Part shown: piece after piece, positions 23,611-36,921 of the stretch | Layout: each line of letters starts with the position of its first letter | Position numbering within the stretch: the first letter of the stretch is position 1 | Assembly (NCBI GenBank): GCA_964234715.1 | Contig: OZ174286.1 | Reading direction: 5' to 3' (one strand) | DNA: 64,000 nt | DNA from: Podarcis melisellensis | Lineage: Eukaryota | Made by a program: the position numbers and the translations under genes | Notes under the pieces: generated by a model | What the model saw: only the letters and a program-made list of their open reading frames with translations | Told to the model about the DNA's origin: nothing | Databases searched by the model: none

Positions 23611-24687
23611 TACTTCTGGGTTATACTAATACTAATCTACTACACTGCGGGCTGATTCAAATAGTTTTATCCATCTTATGTGAATTCAACCTGTGGCTAT
23701 TGTAAGGCTTAAAAACACAATGTATACTGTTTTTGATTTACCTAGCAGTCTTATATACATGCAAAGCAATACTGAACTAAATGCAAAGTCATCCTTAAAG
23801 TAAGAGATGCAATCTTTTAAATTAAACACATGCTGCTAAAATAATGTCATTCTGCTTCCCCTTCCCATGTGTTTCCTCATAAATCACCTGGGCAGTGAGC
23901 ACAAACTATTTTTTAAAAAGACACTTGTGTAGTACTGTTTTGTTTTCGGTGGCTAGTCCACAGTTTGCAGCCACCAAGATTCTGCCTTCCCTGCAAGGCT
24001 GGAGCTGGTGGGGCAGGCAGATTGAGCATATTAGTAATGCAGAGCCAAAGTAAAAGAAACCCCAAAGCATCTCAAACAGGTGCTAACTCCATAAACTTGT
24101 CCCACATCTCTGACTTGGAGCTTTGACCTTGTGCTTTCAAGGCACTCCAAGCACCTTGGAAGCATCCAGTCAAGTTGGCAGGCTTCGGTTCCCCTCTTGA
24201 GTTCCAATATTCGAAGTTCCAAAAGCCCAGGCCTTGTCAGAGGACAGCAGAACATTAATCATAGTGAGCATGAGCAAGAACAACATTGTGAGCCCCTTTT
24301 GATATGAAGTCCCATGTTGCTGACCAGTGTTCGAAATTAGCCAGGTGCCAGGAGCATTTTGCACCTAGCATTTTGCGCTAGTGACCAAGTGAAGATGCCT
24401 GGGTGCGTGAATGGCACCTGACATCTCCACCATCTGGAGATGCATGTCTGGGGCTCACTGGATCTTAACTGTTTTCACACACTAATGCCCCATCCTGTAG
24501 AATTCTATCAGTTATATTTTATCTGTGTGATTGGAATGAATTTCAGGAACCAAAATTTTTTTTTTCTGTGCAGCCCGAGCAGGAGCAGTCGCCATTAAGA
24601 AAAAGGAGTCAGAAAAGGTCAATATATATATGTGGGCTGTCCCTGGATCAAGTGACTTTTCTTCTTTAAGTTCTCAAAGCGCTTAAC

Positions 24688-24939
24688 CAAGGGTCAGCAA
24701 ACTTTTTCAGCAGGGGGCCGGTCCACTGTCCCTCAGACCTTGTGGGAGGCTGGACTGTATTTTGAAAAAATATATATGAATGAATTCCTATGCCCCACAA
24801 ATCACCCAGAGATGCATTTTAAATAAAAGGGCACATTCTACTCATGTAAAAACACGCCGATTCCCGGACCGTCTGTGAGCCGGAATTAGAAGGTGATTGG
24901 GCCGGATCTGGTCCCTGGGCCTTAGTTTGCCTACCTATG
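24688..24939 (+). mobile_element. hAT (Charlie-like) MITE
   Basis: Imperfect TIRs CAAGGGTCAGCAAACT / AGTTTGCCTACCTATG; 8-bp TSD CGCTTAAC / CTCTTAAC. Confidence 0.8.
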
Positions 24940-25093
24940 CTCTTAACGTAGCTCAAGGTTGTCATCTGAACTAGCCAGATGTTTAATAATCAATCACAGA
25001 CAGTCCATCATTTGAAAAATAAGACTTTAGAGCTGTCTTACCCCAAAATGGCAACTAGACATTCCATTTTGGCATGTGTAACCCTGGTTCCCT

Positions 25094-25442
25094 GGGATGC
25101 GGGTGGCACTGTGGGTTAAACCACAGAGCCTAGGACTTGCCGATCAGAAGGTCGGTGGTTTGAATCCCCACAACGGGGTGAGCTCCTGTTGCTCGGTCCC
25201 TGCTCCTGCCAACCTAGCAGTTCGAAAACACCTCAAAGTGCAAGTACATAAATAGGTACCACTCCGGCGGGAAGGTAAACGGCATTTCCGTGTGCTGCTC
25301 TGGTTCGCCAGAGGCAGCTTAGTCATGCTGGCCACATGACCCGGAAGCTGTACGCCGGCTCCCTTGGCCAATAAAGCGAGATGAGCGCCACAACCCCAGA
25401 GTCGGCCACAACTGGACCTAATGGTCAGAGGCCCCTTTACCT
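25094..25442 (+). mobile_element. Sauria SINE (subtype A)
   Basis: Full length; TSD TAACCCTGGTT. Confidence 0.9.
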
Positions 25443-26539
25443 TAACCCTGGTTTAAGGAACCATTTGGCTCTTAGTTTATATACCCGAGTTTCTAACACT
25501 GCTGCTGACATTATGATTGTTAACGTGAACACGAATGAACTTTGAAGACATCTGGCATGCAACTGATATGTGAAATAGTCCCCGGTTTTGCAACTAATCA
25601 ATGCACTTAAGGGCAAGAACTGTCTGCCAGATGTGCATATTGGATTCAAATAGCAGTGACCTTAAACACAAGACTATAAGGCAGCAGCAGTAGTGACCTT
25701 GGTGCAGTCCTAGCCCATCTGCCAAGTCCTTGAGTCATGTTTTGCAGAAGGTTAGTAAAATATGCCAACAGATGACAAGCAACTTTTCACATGTGTGTAT
25801 TGCTTGGGTGTAGGGTGTGAGGCTCAAAGACAGGACAGAACATGATACCATGCATGAACACACCATTATATTTCCTTCTCCCAAAGATAAAATCTTCCGC
25901 ATGACCTTCACTGGAGAAATAAAACCAATGAGAATATTCTCAATGGCTTTTTATGGAATATAGCACTGTCCCAGTCATTGTAGCTCCTCAGAGCAAATGC
26001 TAAGCAATGCTATAAATAGCGCTTCCCTCGTGCGAGGCTCATGTTCTATTAAGCAGGCACTGTCAGCTACTTCCGTCTTTGGCTCTGTAGAAATTACTCC
26101 CCGTTTCAAAACCCCGGACACCTTCAAAAGAACTGGAAAACCTGAAACCATTAACGTGATTTCCAGCCAGGTTTGTGGCCTACTCTGCTCAGTTAAGAAC
26201 ACATCAGCTCAATTCAGCAAGCCACAGACATGAAAAGCAATATATCCCCTTTACGTAGCAGAAAAGTATGGTGCAAGCAGTAGCTGTGACGAGTGGGACA
26301 AAATTAAGCATTTTGATGTGGTGATGGGTATAAGATAACTGCAGCAGTGCTCAAGTCAAAGGGTTACCAAACATGGTTCAAGGAACTGGAAATATCAAGA
26401 TCTTATTTATTTTTATTTTTGACATATTTATACACCATTATTCATTTAAAAAATCAGCAATCTGCAACAATTCTACATAAAATAAAAACCCTCTCTCCCT
26501 CTCTATGTATCATGATATAACTATCATTGAAAGATGTAT

Positions 26540-27060
26540 TCTTAACTGCCTGCATAAGCATGACAGAATTTTTCTCAGCAGGCATTTAGAAGCTGAAACA
26601 CAAGGCGCCTACTGAATCTCTGCTGGCAGACTTATTCCAGAAGACTGGGCCGAAGACACTAAAGGCTTGGTTTCTTGTTGCTGTCAAATGAGCCTTGCCA
26701 ACTGGGGGAATGGCCAACAAGGCTCCTGCAGATAGAATCATAGAATCTTAGGGTCATCTAGTCCAACCCCCTGCAATGAGATGATCTCAGTGACTTAGCT
26801 GGGATAAATCAGGGTTCAGTCAGTCGCTAAGGTACCCTGGGCCTAAGATGTCCAGGCTTTGTATATTAATACAAGGACCTTGAAGATGGCTCAGTAGTAG
26901 ATGGGCAGCCAGTGTAGATAATTTTTAAATGGTGTTGCATCACTCTGGCCGCCGGATTCTTCACCAGTCGTAACTTTCGAACCAGGCCCAAGGGTGCACA
27001 GCAGTAATTCAGTAATCCAGCCTCAAGGTTACCAACCTATGGACCACAGTGGTCCGGCTG
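26540..27060 (-). mobile_element. Old L2 fragment containing a short CR1-tail insert (~26733-26780)
   Basis: Antisense LVTLRLDY and downstream L2 ORF2 motifs. Confidence 0.55.
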
Positions 27061-27279
27061 AATCTTTACTGATTAAAATATACTCTACATATGCATTTCA
27101 CTAATGCTGCATTATGGATGTGGATGTCAGAAATATTCTGCAAGCATACAGATGGAAGGGGGATACGAAAGCCATGTTGAGAACACAATGAAGGAGAGAG
27201 AAGGAAACTGGGTGGCATGTGACCAGGGTCAGGGAAGGCAGAATCACAGGACTTCACTCCTGGCACATCAGAACAACAC

Positions 27280-27666
27280 TGGAGCAAGTAGCGCTGTGGT
27301 CTAAACCACTGAGCCTCTTGGGCTTGCCGACTGGAAGGTCGGCGGTTCGAATCTCCATGACAGGTTGAGCTCCCATTGCTCGGTCCCAGCTCCTGCCAAC
27401 CTAGCAGTTCAAAAGCATGGCAGCACAAGTAGATATATAAGTACTTCTGCAGCAGGAAAGTAAACAGTGTTTCCATGCGCTCTGGTTTCAGTCCTGGTGT
27501 TCCATTGCACCAGAAGTGGTTTGGTCCTGCTGGCCACATGACCCGGAAAGCTGTCTGTTGATAAACACTGGCCCCCTTGGCCTGAAAGTGAGATGAGCAC
27601 CACAGCCCCATAGTTGCCTTTGACTGGACTTAACTGCCCAGGGGTCCTTTACCGTTTTACCTTTTA
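27280..27666 (+). mobile_element. Sauria SINE (more diverged subtype C)
   Basis: Sauria core and tail; 26-bp TSD with one mismatch (27254-27279, 27667-27692). Confidence 0.85.
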
Positions 27667-27765
27667 TCACTCCTGGCACATCATAACAACACCAAGCTTC
27701 AATTGTACATCTTCTGGGTGGCTTTATTTGTGACTATAAAACAATCAGATGGCTACAGATAGTCA

Positions 27766-28096
27766 TGTATACCTGAAGGAGCATCTCCACCCCCATCATT
27801 CAGCCCAGACACTGAGATCCAGCACCGAGGGCCTTCTGGCAGTTCCCTCATTGCGAGAAGTGAGGTTACAGGGAACCAGACAGAGGGCCTTCTCGGCAGT
27901 GGCGCCCGCCCTGTGGAACGCCCTCCTTTCAGATGTGAAGGAAATAAGCAGCTATTTTCTTTTTAAAAGACATCTGAAGGCAGCCCTGTTTAGGGAAGTT
28001 TTTAATATTTAATGCTGTATTGTTTTTAACACTTGATTGGAAGCCACCCAGAGTGGCTGGGGAAACTCAGCCAGATGGGCGGGGTATAAATAATAA

Positions 28097-28145
<49 letters not shown>
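27766..28145 (+). mobile_element. L2 LINE 3' fragment with (ATT)n tail
   Basis: YLKEHL...RAFSAVAPALWNAL...FKRHLKAALFREVF. Confidence 0.85.
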
Positions 28146-28146
<1 letters not shown>

Positions 28147-28695
28147 AACAGCTGGAATATTATCTAGTGATGAAGTTAAGTGTAAATGAAAGTGGGGTGC
28201 AGCTTGGATTGAGAGCAGCTGAATGCCAGTATGAAAGCTCTTTTAATTTTAAAAATGCCGCTGCCAAGTATTGTGCTTATGTTATTTTACTGAAGCGACC
28301 GTTTGCAGAGCACCAGAGAGATTTGTTTTCACCCACATTTCTCGAGTTGAAATAACAGCGTACACAGTATGTAGGCTTTGGTTCTTAGAAGTGTGTCATA
28401 CCATGACTAATCAACCAGATGGATAAAATATCCTGGGCACAGATGTGCTCTAGGCTTTTATGTCATGAAGAGATCATGCACCATTGTGTACGTGTCACTG
28501 GACACTTCAAGTTGAAATGATGGGTGCTTTCAAGGAAAAGCAGCGCTGTATTAATGAATTCCTACAGAAGGTCAAGTGATCCAATTTAGAGATGGTGCCT
28601 TCAGATTGTTAGTCCTGCTTTTTTAATATATATTTTTTAAAACACCAGCTGTCAAATCCTGGCTTACCTTTACATCCATTCCAGGTCAGAATGAA

Positions 28696-28697
<2 letters not shown>

Positions 28698-28757
<60 letters not shown>
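28698..28757. repeat. Compound (TC)n(AC)n microsatellite; others: (GT)n ~1350, ~9028, ~16586; (CA)n ~14105, ~34915; (TATC)n ~50415; (GGAGA)n ~57340; (TTCA)n ~58722
   Basis: Directly visible. Confidence 0.95.
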
Positions 28758-28760
<3 letters not shown>

Positions 28761-30977
28761 TCTTGATACAGGAATTTGTACAGTAGGGAAAGGGTCACCT
28801 TTATTTAAAAATAATAATATCCAGCATGTTGTTGTTAGAGAGAAGGTGATGGGTAGTTGGGTAACTGACTGAAAGTAGCTCAACTGCTCAGCACAGTAAA
28901 AAAAAGAGGGGGGAAACCCACTCAATTCCTATGAATGTGTGGGGTACAAATGGGGTGTCCTATTGCATCATGTTCAGTGGCACCCAGTGGTTTGATTCAG
29001 AAGTAAGACTTTGCAAATCATGGTTTGTCTTTCAAACATACAACCAAACCATTGCTTGGGCAGCCTCCCTCTTCCCAGACCTCTCTCAAGATGTCCCAAA
29101 TGCTACCCCAAACAGTGACCCTGCCAGAGTAAAAATGGTGTCCTTCTTCAGATGTAATGCCAAACCTCACTTTAACTTGTGGCTTGGTGCTAAATCTGAA
29201 TGCAGTAGTAATTGCTAAATTGCTAACTTGAACAGGGTCAGCCCAATGCACTTTAATACTTGAGGCAAAAGAAAAAATGGTGCTTCACCCCTGTTGCTGT
29301 CAATGTCTGAGGCACATCAAAGGCAGTTGGGGGTGGAAAAGGCCCCACTCTTCCCAGGCGGCACATGGGCAACAAGCACAAGTGGTGCGCTCCGGGGGCC
29401 CCAGATCTGCTACCTTTCCCAGCTGTCCTCAGCCTGCTGCCCGAGGCAACTGCCTCACTGAGCCTGATGAGTGGGCTGGCCCTGAACTTGAACCACAACA
29501 ACAAATTGTTCCTATTTAATTTTAGCCCTACACAACAAAAGCACTCCTGCGCTTTTTAAAAACAATACAATTCGACATAGAACCTTATGCCCTACTATAT
29601 ACCATTCAGAATCCTGTCCTACAATTATCCTGAACCCATTACATTAGAGTAAATATGAGAAATAGGACTAATAATGGAGATTAACTTCAGTTTTATGCAA
29701 TAAAATGTTTACGGGCACTGAGAATATGAGGTTGTGCTTTATGGCCAGGTCAGCTTACAATAATTGATACCCTGACCTGCCACGCGGCTTCTGGGTTAAT
29801 GCAGAAACCCCAAAACATGGGCAAAAGTCTCCACCCAATATTATATGCAGCCTTAATTTAGTGGTCCTGTTACATGTGCTGACAATGTGATCAACATGCA
29901 ATTGCAGTAAAAAGTAATCCCAAGCACAACCAGCTAGGGTTTTATACTCATTTTACACTCATTCTCGGCACTAGTCTCTAATAGAAGCCCTAAACACACA
30001 CTTACAGGGGCAAGAAAGTATTTGATTTTGGAAGTATGATAGGAAATTACATTACAGTTAAATTAGGCTGCCAAGAAAACAGAGTGGATTTGGGGGGGGG
30101 GGCTAATATGTTCTGAATGGCATTGGCCAGGGTTATTTCTTCTCTTTCCTTCTCCTTTCCAGGTACTGCACATCTGATTGAGGGTTTAGCTTCACCATTT
30201 TTAGTCTCTCTCTCTCCCTGTCTCTCCCTCTAAGTGCTCATTATTGAGTTTAGTCTCTGCCCCTCCTTTCAATCCATTATTTTCATAGTCCCATCAAACC
30301 TTTCAAAAATAACTTCCTAGTAAAGCATGTGCATACACACTGAATCTCAAAAGGGAAGGATTTAAATTGCACAGCAACCTTCAATTAATAAGAGTTCCAC
30401 AGGCCAAAAGCTTTCTGCCCAACCTGCATCCTTCAGACAGGCAGAAGTACTCTTAAGATGCCAGTGTCCTCTATTTGATGGGTTGACCAGTTTGAAAGGT
30501 AACAGAACCATAAGAAGGGAAAGCAGGAGGAGTCTTGTAGTTACCCAACAACAGTGAACACCTGAGTAGCAGATTGAGCAGGCAGAAGGCGGCAACAGGA
30601 GAACAGGGTTTTTTGTGGAATGCTCTCGCCAGAGAGGAATGCCTGGTATCATCATTGTATCTGTTTAACTGACAGGCAAAAACATTGCTCTTTACCAAGA
30701 CTTAGGCCATTAAATAATCTGTGGCCTGTTAAAGCTGCGGGTGGGTGGAGACTGTTATTAGGATTATTTTATTATTATGCTATCTATTATTATGCTTTTA
30801 ATATTGCGCTCTGTAAAATGTTTTCTTAATGTTGTACAGTGCCCTGATATATTTTGATACAGGGCAGTATATAAATCGAACAAATTATAAAAATAAACAA
30901 CCATGACTAACAGCCTTATCATCCTTTAAAGTGCGTAATCTGTACAAGAGCTGTTCTGGTTAGGGCCATCACTTGTA

Positions 30978-31224
30978 CAGTGGTACCTCAGGTTAAGTAC
31001 TTAATTCGTTCCGGAGGTCTGTTCTTAACCTGAAACTGTTCTTAACCTGAAGCACCACTTCAGCTAATGGGGCCTCCTGCTGCTGCTGCGCCACCAGAGC
31101 ACGATTTCTGTTCTCATCCTGAAGCAAAGATCTTAACCTGAAGCACTATTTCTGGGTTAGCGGAGTCTGTAACCTGAAGCGTATATAACCTGAAGCATAT
31201 GTACAGTAACTCGAGGTACCACTG
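30978..31224 (-). mobile_element. Tigger/pogo-like MITE family 1
   Basis: Same TIRs, TA TSD, opposite orientation. Confidence 0.9.
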
Positions 31225-32974
31225 TAATAACAAATGCCATAGTTTAACTATGATGCTGTGTTAAACAGCAATCCTCTTGTCTGTCACCTAGGCTGGACAT
31301 GCTCTGAGCTTACAGGGAACGGGATCAGGAACCAAGGGATTTCACCTTTAGTTATATCTCTGATAAAAGTTTTTATATAGTGAGACACACTCAGACCTAC
31401 CCTTTCACACTATAGCTATGTAAGAAAACTTTGGTTTCAATTTGTTGAACTTATTTTAGCTGTTGCAATTCGATCTTCATAAATCTGCATATGAGAAAAC
31501 TAATCATTCTAAAAGAAAGACATGCTATACTTTTTTTTAATGGGACACATTTAGGTTGCAACAGTCATTTTGTTCAAAGAGACTCAGACAAGGAAACAAT
31601 GCCTTCCATGGAGTAATTGCAGCCTGGATTTTTATTAACTACTTGTCCTATTCCCCCCCCCCTTTACTGGTTTAAAAGATGCTGCACAGTCATTTGGAAG
31701 TAGTGTTCAGTTCATAAAAGGTTTTCTAAATAATTGATCCAACTGATTAATTTAGTATACACTGCGGCCTTAAAAGCTAGACCATAAATGCAAAAATGAG
31801 TCATTGATGTAGTTCCTTCAATTCACCAGCTGATAATAGGTAAAGTAGCAATTGGAAAGGGTGGGGTTCCCCATTCTGAGGGCTCTCTTGCCACAGTCCA
31901 AATGCCTGCATCCAAACTGCTTGGAAATATGGCTTCACTTTCATCAGTCTCTTTTGTTCCATCTCCACTGGCTTCCTACAGCCCCAATCTCTGCCAGGAC
32001 TTTGTCAGTGACTCTAGGGAAGAAGTAGACGCCAGTCCTGCAAATGCTAAAAATAACCCCTTTGCTAGAAAGGCATGAACATTATCAGCAAAAGACAGGC
32101 ATGCTAACTTGAGAACAGCCCAGCAGGCCTAGATGAAAGCACTGTCCACGGGTTGAGGAAGGAGGACGAAAACTTTTCTCTAATGCCTGAAGAAACATGG
32201 AAGCATAATGAGGTGCTAGATCCCACAAAACACAGAAAACAAGGGGGGGGGGTTAAATAAATGATTAAACTAAACTCTTAAAAAGCAGCATTTTAAGCAG
32301 AGACGTGGATTTTTGCTTAGCTTTTTAAGCCACCAGAAGCAGAAACTGCTGCATGACCCTGTTAAGCAAGGCTTCAGGGTGGGGGAAGGGGGACAATGGC
32401 ACCTTACCGTTTTGCCTCAGGCGGCAAAATGGGATGGGCGACCCCTGGTTTTAGTGGTGTATTCCTGGCTCAGGCAGTCCTTCTCCCATCTCTCCAGGTG
32501 TCTCCTAACACACGTAATTCTTTCTGGGAGGCAATAATGGTTGGTTTTTTTCTCATCTACACTTGCATAAACATGATTTGCAAACCTCCTTTTAACCGTG
32601 GACGCAACTGTGGCCTGGACTACACATGGTTCATTAAAACGCCAACGTAGATGTAACACCATCCATGATTTGCTTCAAAAAATGGCACAGAGACAGGAAT
32701 TGCCATTGAGGAGAGAGGATGCAATTGGGAAGAATTTGCAGGATACTCCTGATCTAACTGGTCAGAAGAGTGAAGAGAGGGCAGATTTGGGGATAGAAGG
32801 AAAAGTGGAAAGGTGTTGTTTTTTAATAAAAAAAAAAGCTAATCTAGGGAAATTGTACTATGTTCAAACTGTGCTTTGTTCAAAACGTTATCCCCACAAT
32901 AGCTGAACATTCTTAATATATTTTGAAAGACAGACAGCGTAGGGCTCAAAATTCATTTTTAAATGGGGTTAAGA

Positions 32975-33132
32975 GCATCCTTTCCCAACCTAGGGGCCTC
33001 CAGATGTTTTGGAATACAACTCCCATTACCCATAGCCGGCATGGCTTTCCTGGCAGTGGCTGATGGGAGTTGTAGTCCAACAATGGACTACAGATGTTGA
33101 CATCTGAAAGGCACTAGATTAGGAATGGTTGG
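32975..33132. mobile_element. Short palindromic hAT MITE (URR1/Chap-like); related copy at ~51800-51925
   Basis: CCAGATGTT..TACAACTCCCA...TGGGAGTTGTAGTCC..CATCTG hairpin. Confidence 0.6.
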
Positions 33133-34484
33133 ATTAGAGAAGACATAGTAAGTGAATAATAATCCTGTCTGCTCTACCACACAAAAATAAACTATGCCAG
33201 GAAACATTTATATATAGAACAAAATCAGACATGTCATCCCAGACTCAACAAATAAGGAAGAAATATTGTCAGGTCACCAAAACAATACTGGTGAAATAAA
33301 TATTTCTAATAGAATGAAGGGTGGAAAATGTATTTTTTCCCCTGATCTTTATGTCAATATTCCTTTCTGAATGATCTCAATTTTTTTTATACCCTTCAAA
33401 CACTCTCTTAACTTAAAATATTGCTCTCACTAAAACTACCAATAATGAGGTTTGGGTCTGCTACTGTTGCCAATTAAATAAACCACTGAAAAATGTAACA
33501 TTTTATGAATAAAAGGTTGCTGTGCTTGGAAAGATTGTTTTGTGTAACATTTATAATGTTATAGTCTGAAATATGCAAATATTTACATCATCTTGAACTT
33601 TAAGAATCACCTGACCTCATCCTTAATATTAACTGCATAATAAAAAGTTACTACAGAACTGCAAGTGAAAAAGAGATCTCTGTTCTGCCACATTAGGTGC
33701 ATTTTATCATTACCACTCCAGCAATTTTAAATCCAAGAAAGATAATTTTAAAGTGTTTCATTTTCTCAAATTAATAAACTTAGAAATGCAATTTAAAATG
33801 TACGATATCATCCACTATAAAAAAAACACAGAACAAATCGCTACAAACCAAACCAGAATTTAGGAAGGGAGGGGCGAATGCTATTTGGAGTATCCTGACA
33901 GTCTTCCAATTTATTTTTCCCATGACACTTTTGTTAGAGGGCAAGCTACATTAGAAACAAACTGAACTTTCCCCTGGCTAGATGCTAATGACAACTCCAG
34001 AAATAAATTGAAAATGCTTGAAGTATGTTCACAATTACAGCACCACTCACCCAATGTACGGGATTTCAATTTTAGAGTGTGGGGAAAGATCAACTTGCTT
34101 CCTGCCTCTCTAAATGGTTGCATAGGACTGACTCATATGTAATAATTATATTACTATATATTTATTCATAGCCTGACTTCCTCCATGATAGGAACCCAAG
34201 GCAACTTACAGATAAAAGCAAGAAGCTATAAAAACTTTTTTCTTGATTTTACTGTTTATATTTTGTAAATTGCTTTGAGGTTTTCTGCAATCAAAGAAGT
34301 ATAAATTTTATGAAATAAATAAATGAATGAATTAAAAAAAATAGAAAAATCCATCATTAAAATACAAAAACTGATTTATACACACACATATAAAATCTGT
34401 TTAAAACATACCAATAATTACAATAAAAACAGCACTGTACCAGCCTTTTCACTAAAAGAGGTCAATTCCTAAAGGTCTGTTGGA

Positions 34485-34634
34485 TAGAATCACAGAATTG
34501 TAGAGTTGGAAGGGACCCTAAGGATCATCTAGTCCACCCCCTGCAATGCAGGAATATGCAGCTGTCCCATACAGGAACTGAACCTGCAACCTTGGCATCA
34601 TCAGCACCACACTGTAACCAACTGAACTATCCAG
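34485..34634 (-). mobile_element. tRNA-Ile-derived SINE with CR1-type 3' tail
   Basis: Second copy of the 2075-2226 element. Confidence 0.8.
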
Positions 34635-34868
34635 GCCCATATATAACAACTATAGTGCTCTCCGTGGACCAGTATATCAGGCAAATGAATTCAGTGCTAG
34701 CAAGGTGCAACATGAAGACAGAACCAGCTGTGATAAATCTGCATTACCCTCCAGAGATCCAGTGCTCTCCAGGAGACTAGAGTACCAGATCTAGGGGTGT
34801 TCCTCACAAGAACCCTTTAAATACCCGTCTCAGCCTGGGAGGGAGGTGAACACTGCTAAGTAAGGACT

Positions 34869-34912
34869 TGTAGCAGGAACCCCCCCACCCCAATCATTCT
34901 GTTTGTATAAAC

Positions 34913-34959
<47 letters not shown>

Positions 34960-35605
34960 CATACGCCACATTTCTGTTATAAATTCATAGAAAATCAACC
35001 ATACATCGGATTTGCACTGTTCCATTTTTATTTTACTCCATATGACAAGAACTAACAAAGGGGGGTGGCTTAGTCCTGGTCAGCCATAATCCCTTCACCT
35101 CTCAGCACATACACAGAAGCCCTGCCCATGCCAACCCTGATGATCCCAGACAGAAGACAATCAAGATCACAAAGAACTTGCATATGGGAGTGGATTCAGC
35201 ATGGACTGAAACAAAGGACAATGATCAGATCTTCCCTCTGGGGGCAGGAATCTGCAAAGTCCCCTTTGTCTCCTGGAAGTGACTCATGGGGAGGGGGGAA
35301 GGGAGGAACCAGCCAGGTGACAAGACACTCAGGTTACCACCAACTCCTCCCTCAACCCCTCCTTTCTGTAATGTATGCATGATGTTTCTGGGGGTGGGCT
35401 TGATCTAGAGGAGGGGAATTTCAAAAGTTTTTATAAGACCTTGCACACTATTCTTCTGGGTCTTTCCTCTCTCCTGCAAGTGAGGGGAATACTCTGTTGC
35501 AACAGTTCAATAAAGGCCAAGCCTACAGGCTGCTGTTTTGCTCCAAGTTATCCTGGTTGGTGTCTTTGTTTTGTCCAAGGGAGCCCTCGGATTTTTCCTG
35601 TAACA
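34869..35605 (+). mobile_element. Solo LTR (ERV/Gypsy-like), 737 bp
   Basis: TGTAGCAGGAA...TTCCTGTAACA inverted termini; 4-bp TSD GACT; TATA-like TTTATAAG (~35431) followed by AATAAA (~35509). Confidence 0.8.
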
Positions 35606-36649
35606 GACTGAACACACACATTCATTATTCCCAAATCCTTGTGAAAATGTAAATTACTAGAACTAGGCTGCTGCCATCCAGTTTCCGCAACCACACATCT
35701 GGCTAAATATCTAGTTTACAGATAGGGTTCTCTTGATACAGGAAGAACACAGAGCAGCTAGGGGAAAGTCGCATTTCTGCTTTGCCAGGGGCAGAAATAA
35801 ACAGAGATTCCTTTATAATAATGATACATGTCTAAATTGGAATTTCCACATGATAACTAAGCTGTCTATATTAAGCTGATCCCACAACAACTAAATTAAG
35901 CTCCTGAGCGTCTTATAGTTCATCTGAGTTTTAGAGCTTTGGCAGACAGCTGACTGTTCTTGCTGTATCTTCTGTATTGGAAACTTTCCTAACAGTTTCA
36001 TTTTCCAGCTACTTTGTTCTATAACAGTCACCACACCAAAGCAGAGGTGTGATAATTATTATATTCAGGCGCCAAAGTACAAAGATACCGCCCACCCTGT
36101 GAGATAATCCTAATAAAATTAAGCCTTGACCAGAAGTTCAAAGCGGTGAGACCAGATATGTTTCCTTTCTGAAACTTGCCAGCTGAAAAGAGTTTCAGTC
36201 AACTGTGAATCTGCTATTTTCCTAAAACAAAGACATGCTTCAGGAATGTTTTCAAAAGGCTTTGAAGTTACAGCATGAATGGCAAGCACCACTAGAATTC
36301 GAAGTGTGGCTCTGCTTATTCTCCTTTTCCCTATTGGATTGTAAACTTTTTATGTTGAAGCACTTTACAAATAATAAAATCAAAGAAGAGCTTTAAATGG
36401 TGTGCTTTATTTGGAATGTTTAGAAGTAGATACCGTAGCAAATATTAGAACTGAGATTTGATAATGGACAAAGCCCCAAGGGGATCATTGCAGAGATAAT
36501 ATGGTTCAAATATATTATTAATTCCTTCCCACCCTCCATACTTCGTTTCTCACTCCTACAATGTTTGCAGTAACATTACTGGAGAGGAAAATGAGATATT
36601 CCTGTGTACTAAACCTTGTGTTAAAATAACCTAGAGCTGTCTACCTCAC

Positions 36650-36699
36650 CGCTGGTATATGACTAAACCTTTCAAGTTTGCCTGTAGCTTCCCGTTCAT
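36650..36699 (-). CDS. Putative first coding segment MNGKLQANLKGLVIYQ(R) of an unidentified protein
   Basis: ATG at 36699 with purine at -3 and in-frame TGA TGA upstream; ends in phase 2, matching the phase-2 start of the 9728-10014 exon. Confidence 0.5.
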
Positions 36700-36921
36700 T
36701 TCTGATTTCCTGCCAGGATGTACATGTCATCATACTGGATTTGATTTTACAGACTTTCCAACACTGGGTCTATTTGGTACACATGTTAACCATGTGCTGC
36801 CCTCCAACAGTATACAGATTCAAAGCATCCCAATGTCGACCACACACATGTATGCAACAAGGTGCTCATGCTTTGAATCAAGTGGAAAAACTGCTGCAAA
36901 TTTCACTTCTGATACTATCCC
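36650..36921 (-). other. Exon 2 of host gene (mostly 5'UTR, contains putative start codon)
   Basis: Acceptor ttttgtactttctctctaagctag| and donor GCG|GTGAGG; unique non-repeat sequence. Confidence 0.6.

Noticed and set aside
28020-28355. Poly-Leu ORF resembling a signal or transmembrane segment
   Set aside because: Translation of the (ATT)n tail of an L2 element
30362-30698. 97-aa and 75-aa minus-strand ORFs with apparent splice sites
   Set aside because: Partly antisense to a degraded L2-like 3' end (~30590-30890); no phase or homology support
36641-36649. TGAGGTAG on the minus strand, resembling the start of let-7
   Set aside because: It is the splice donor; no mature miRNA match or hairpin. 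I recognised no miRNA, snoRNA or rRNA in the window
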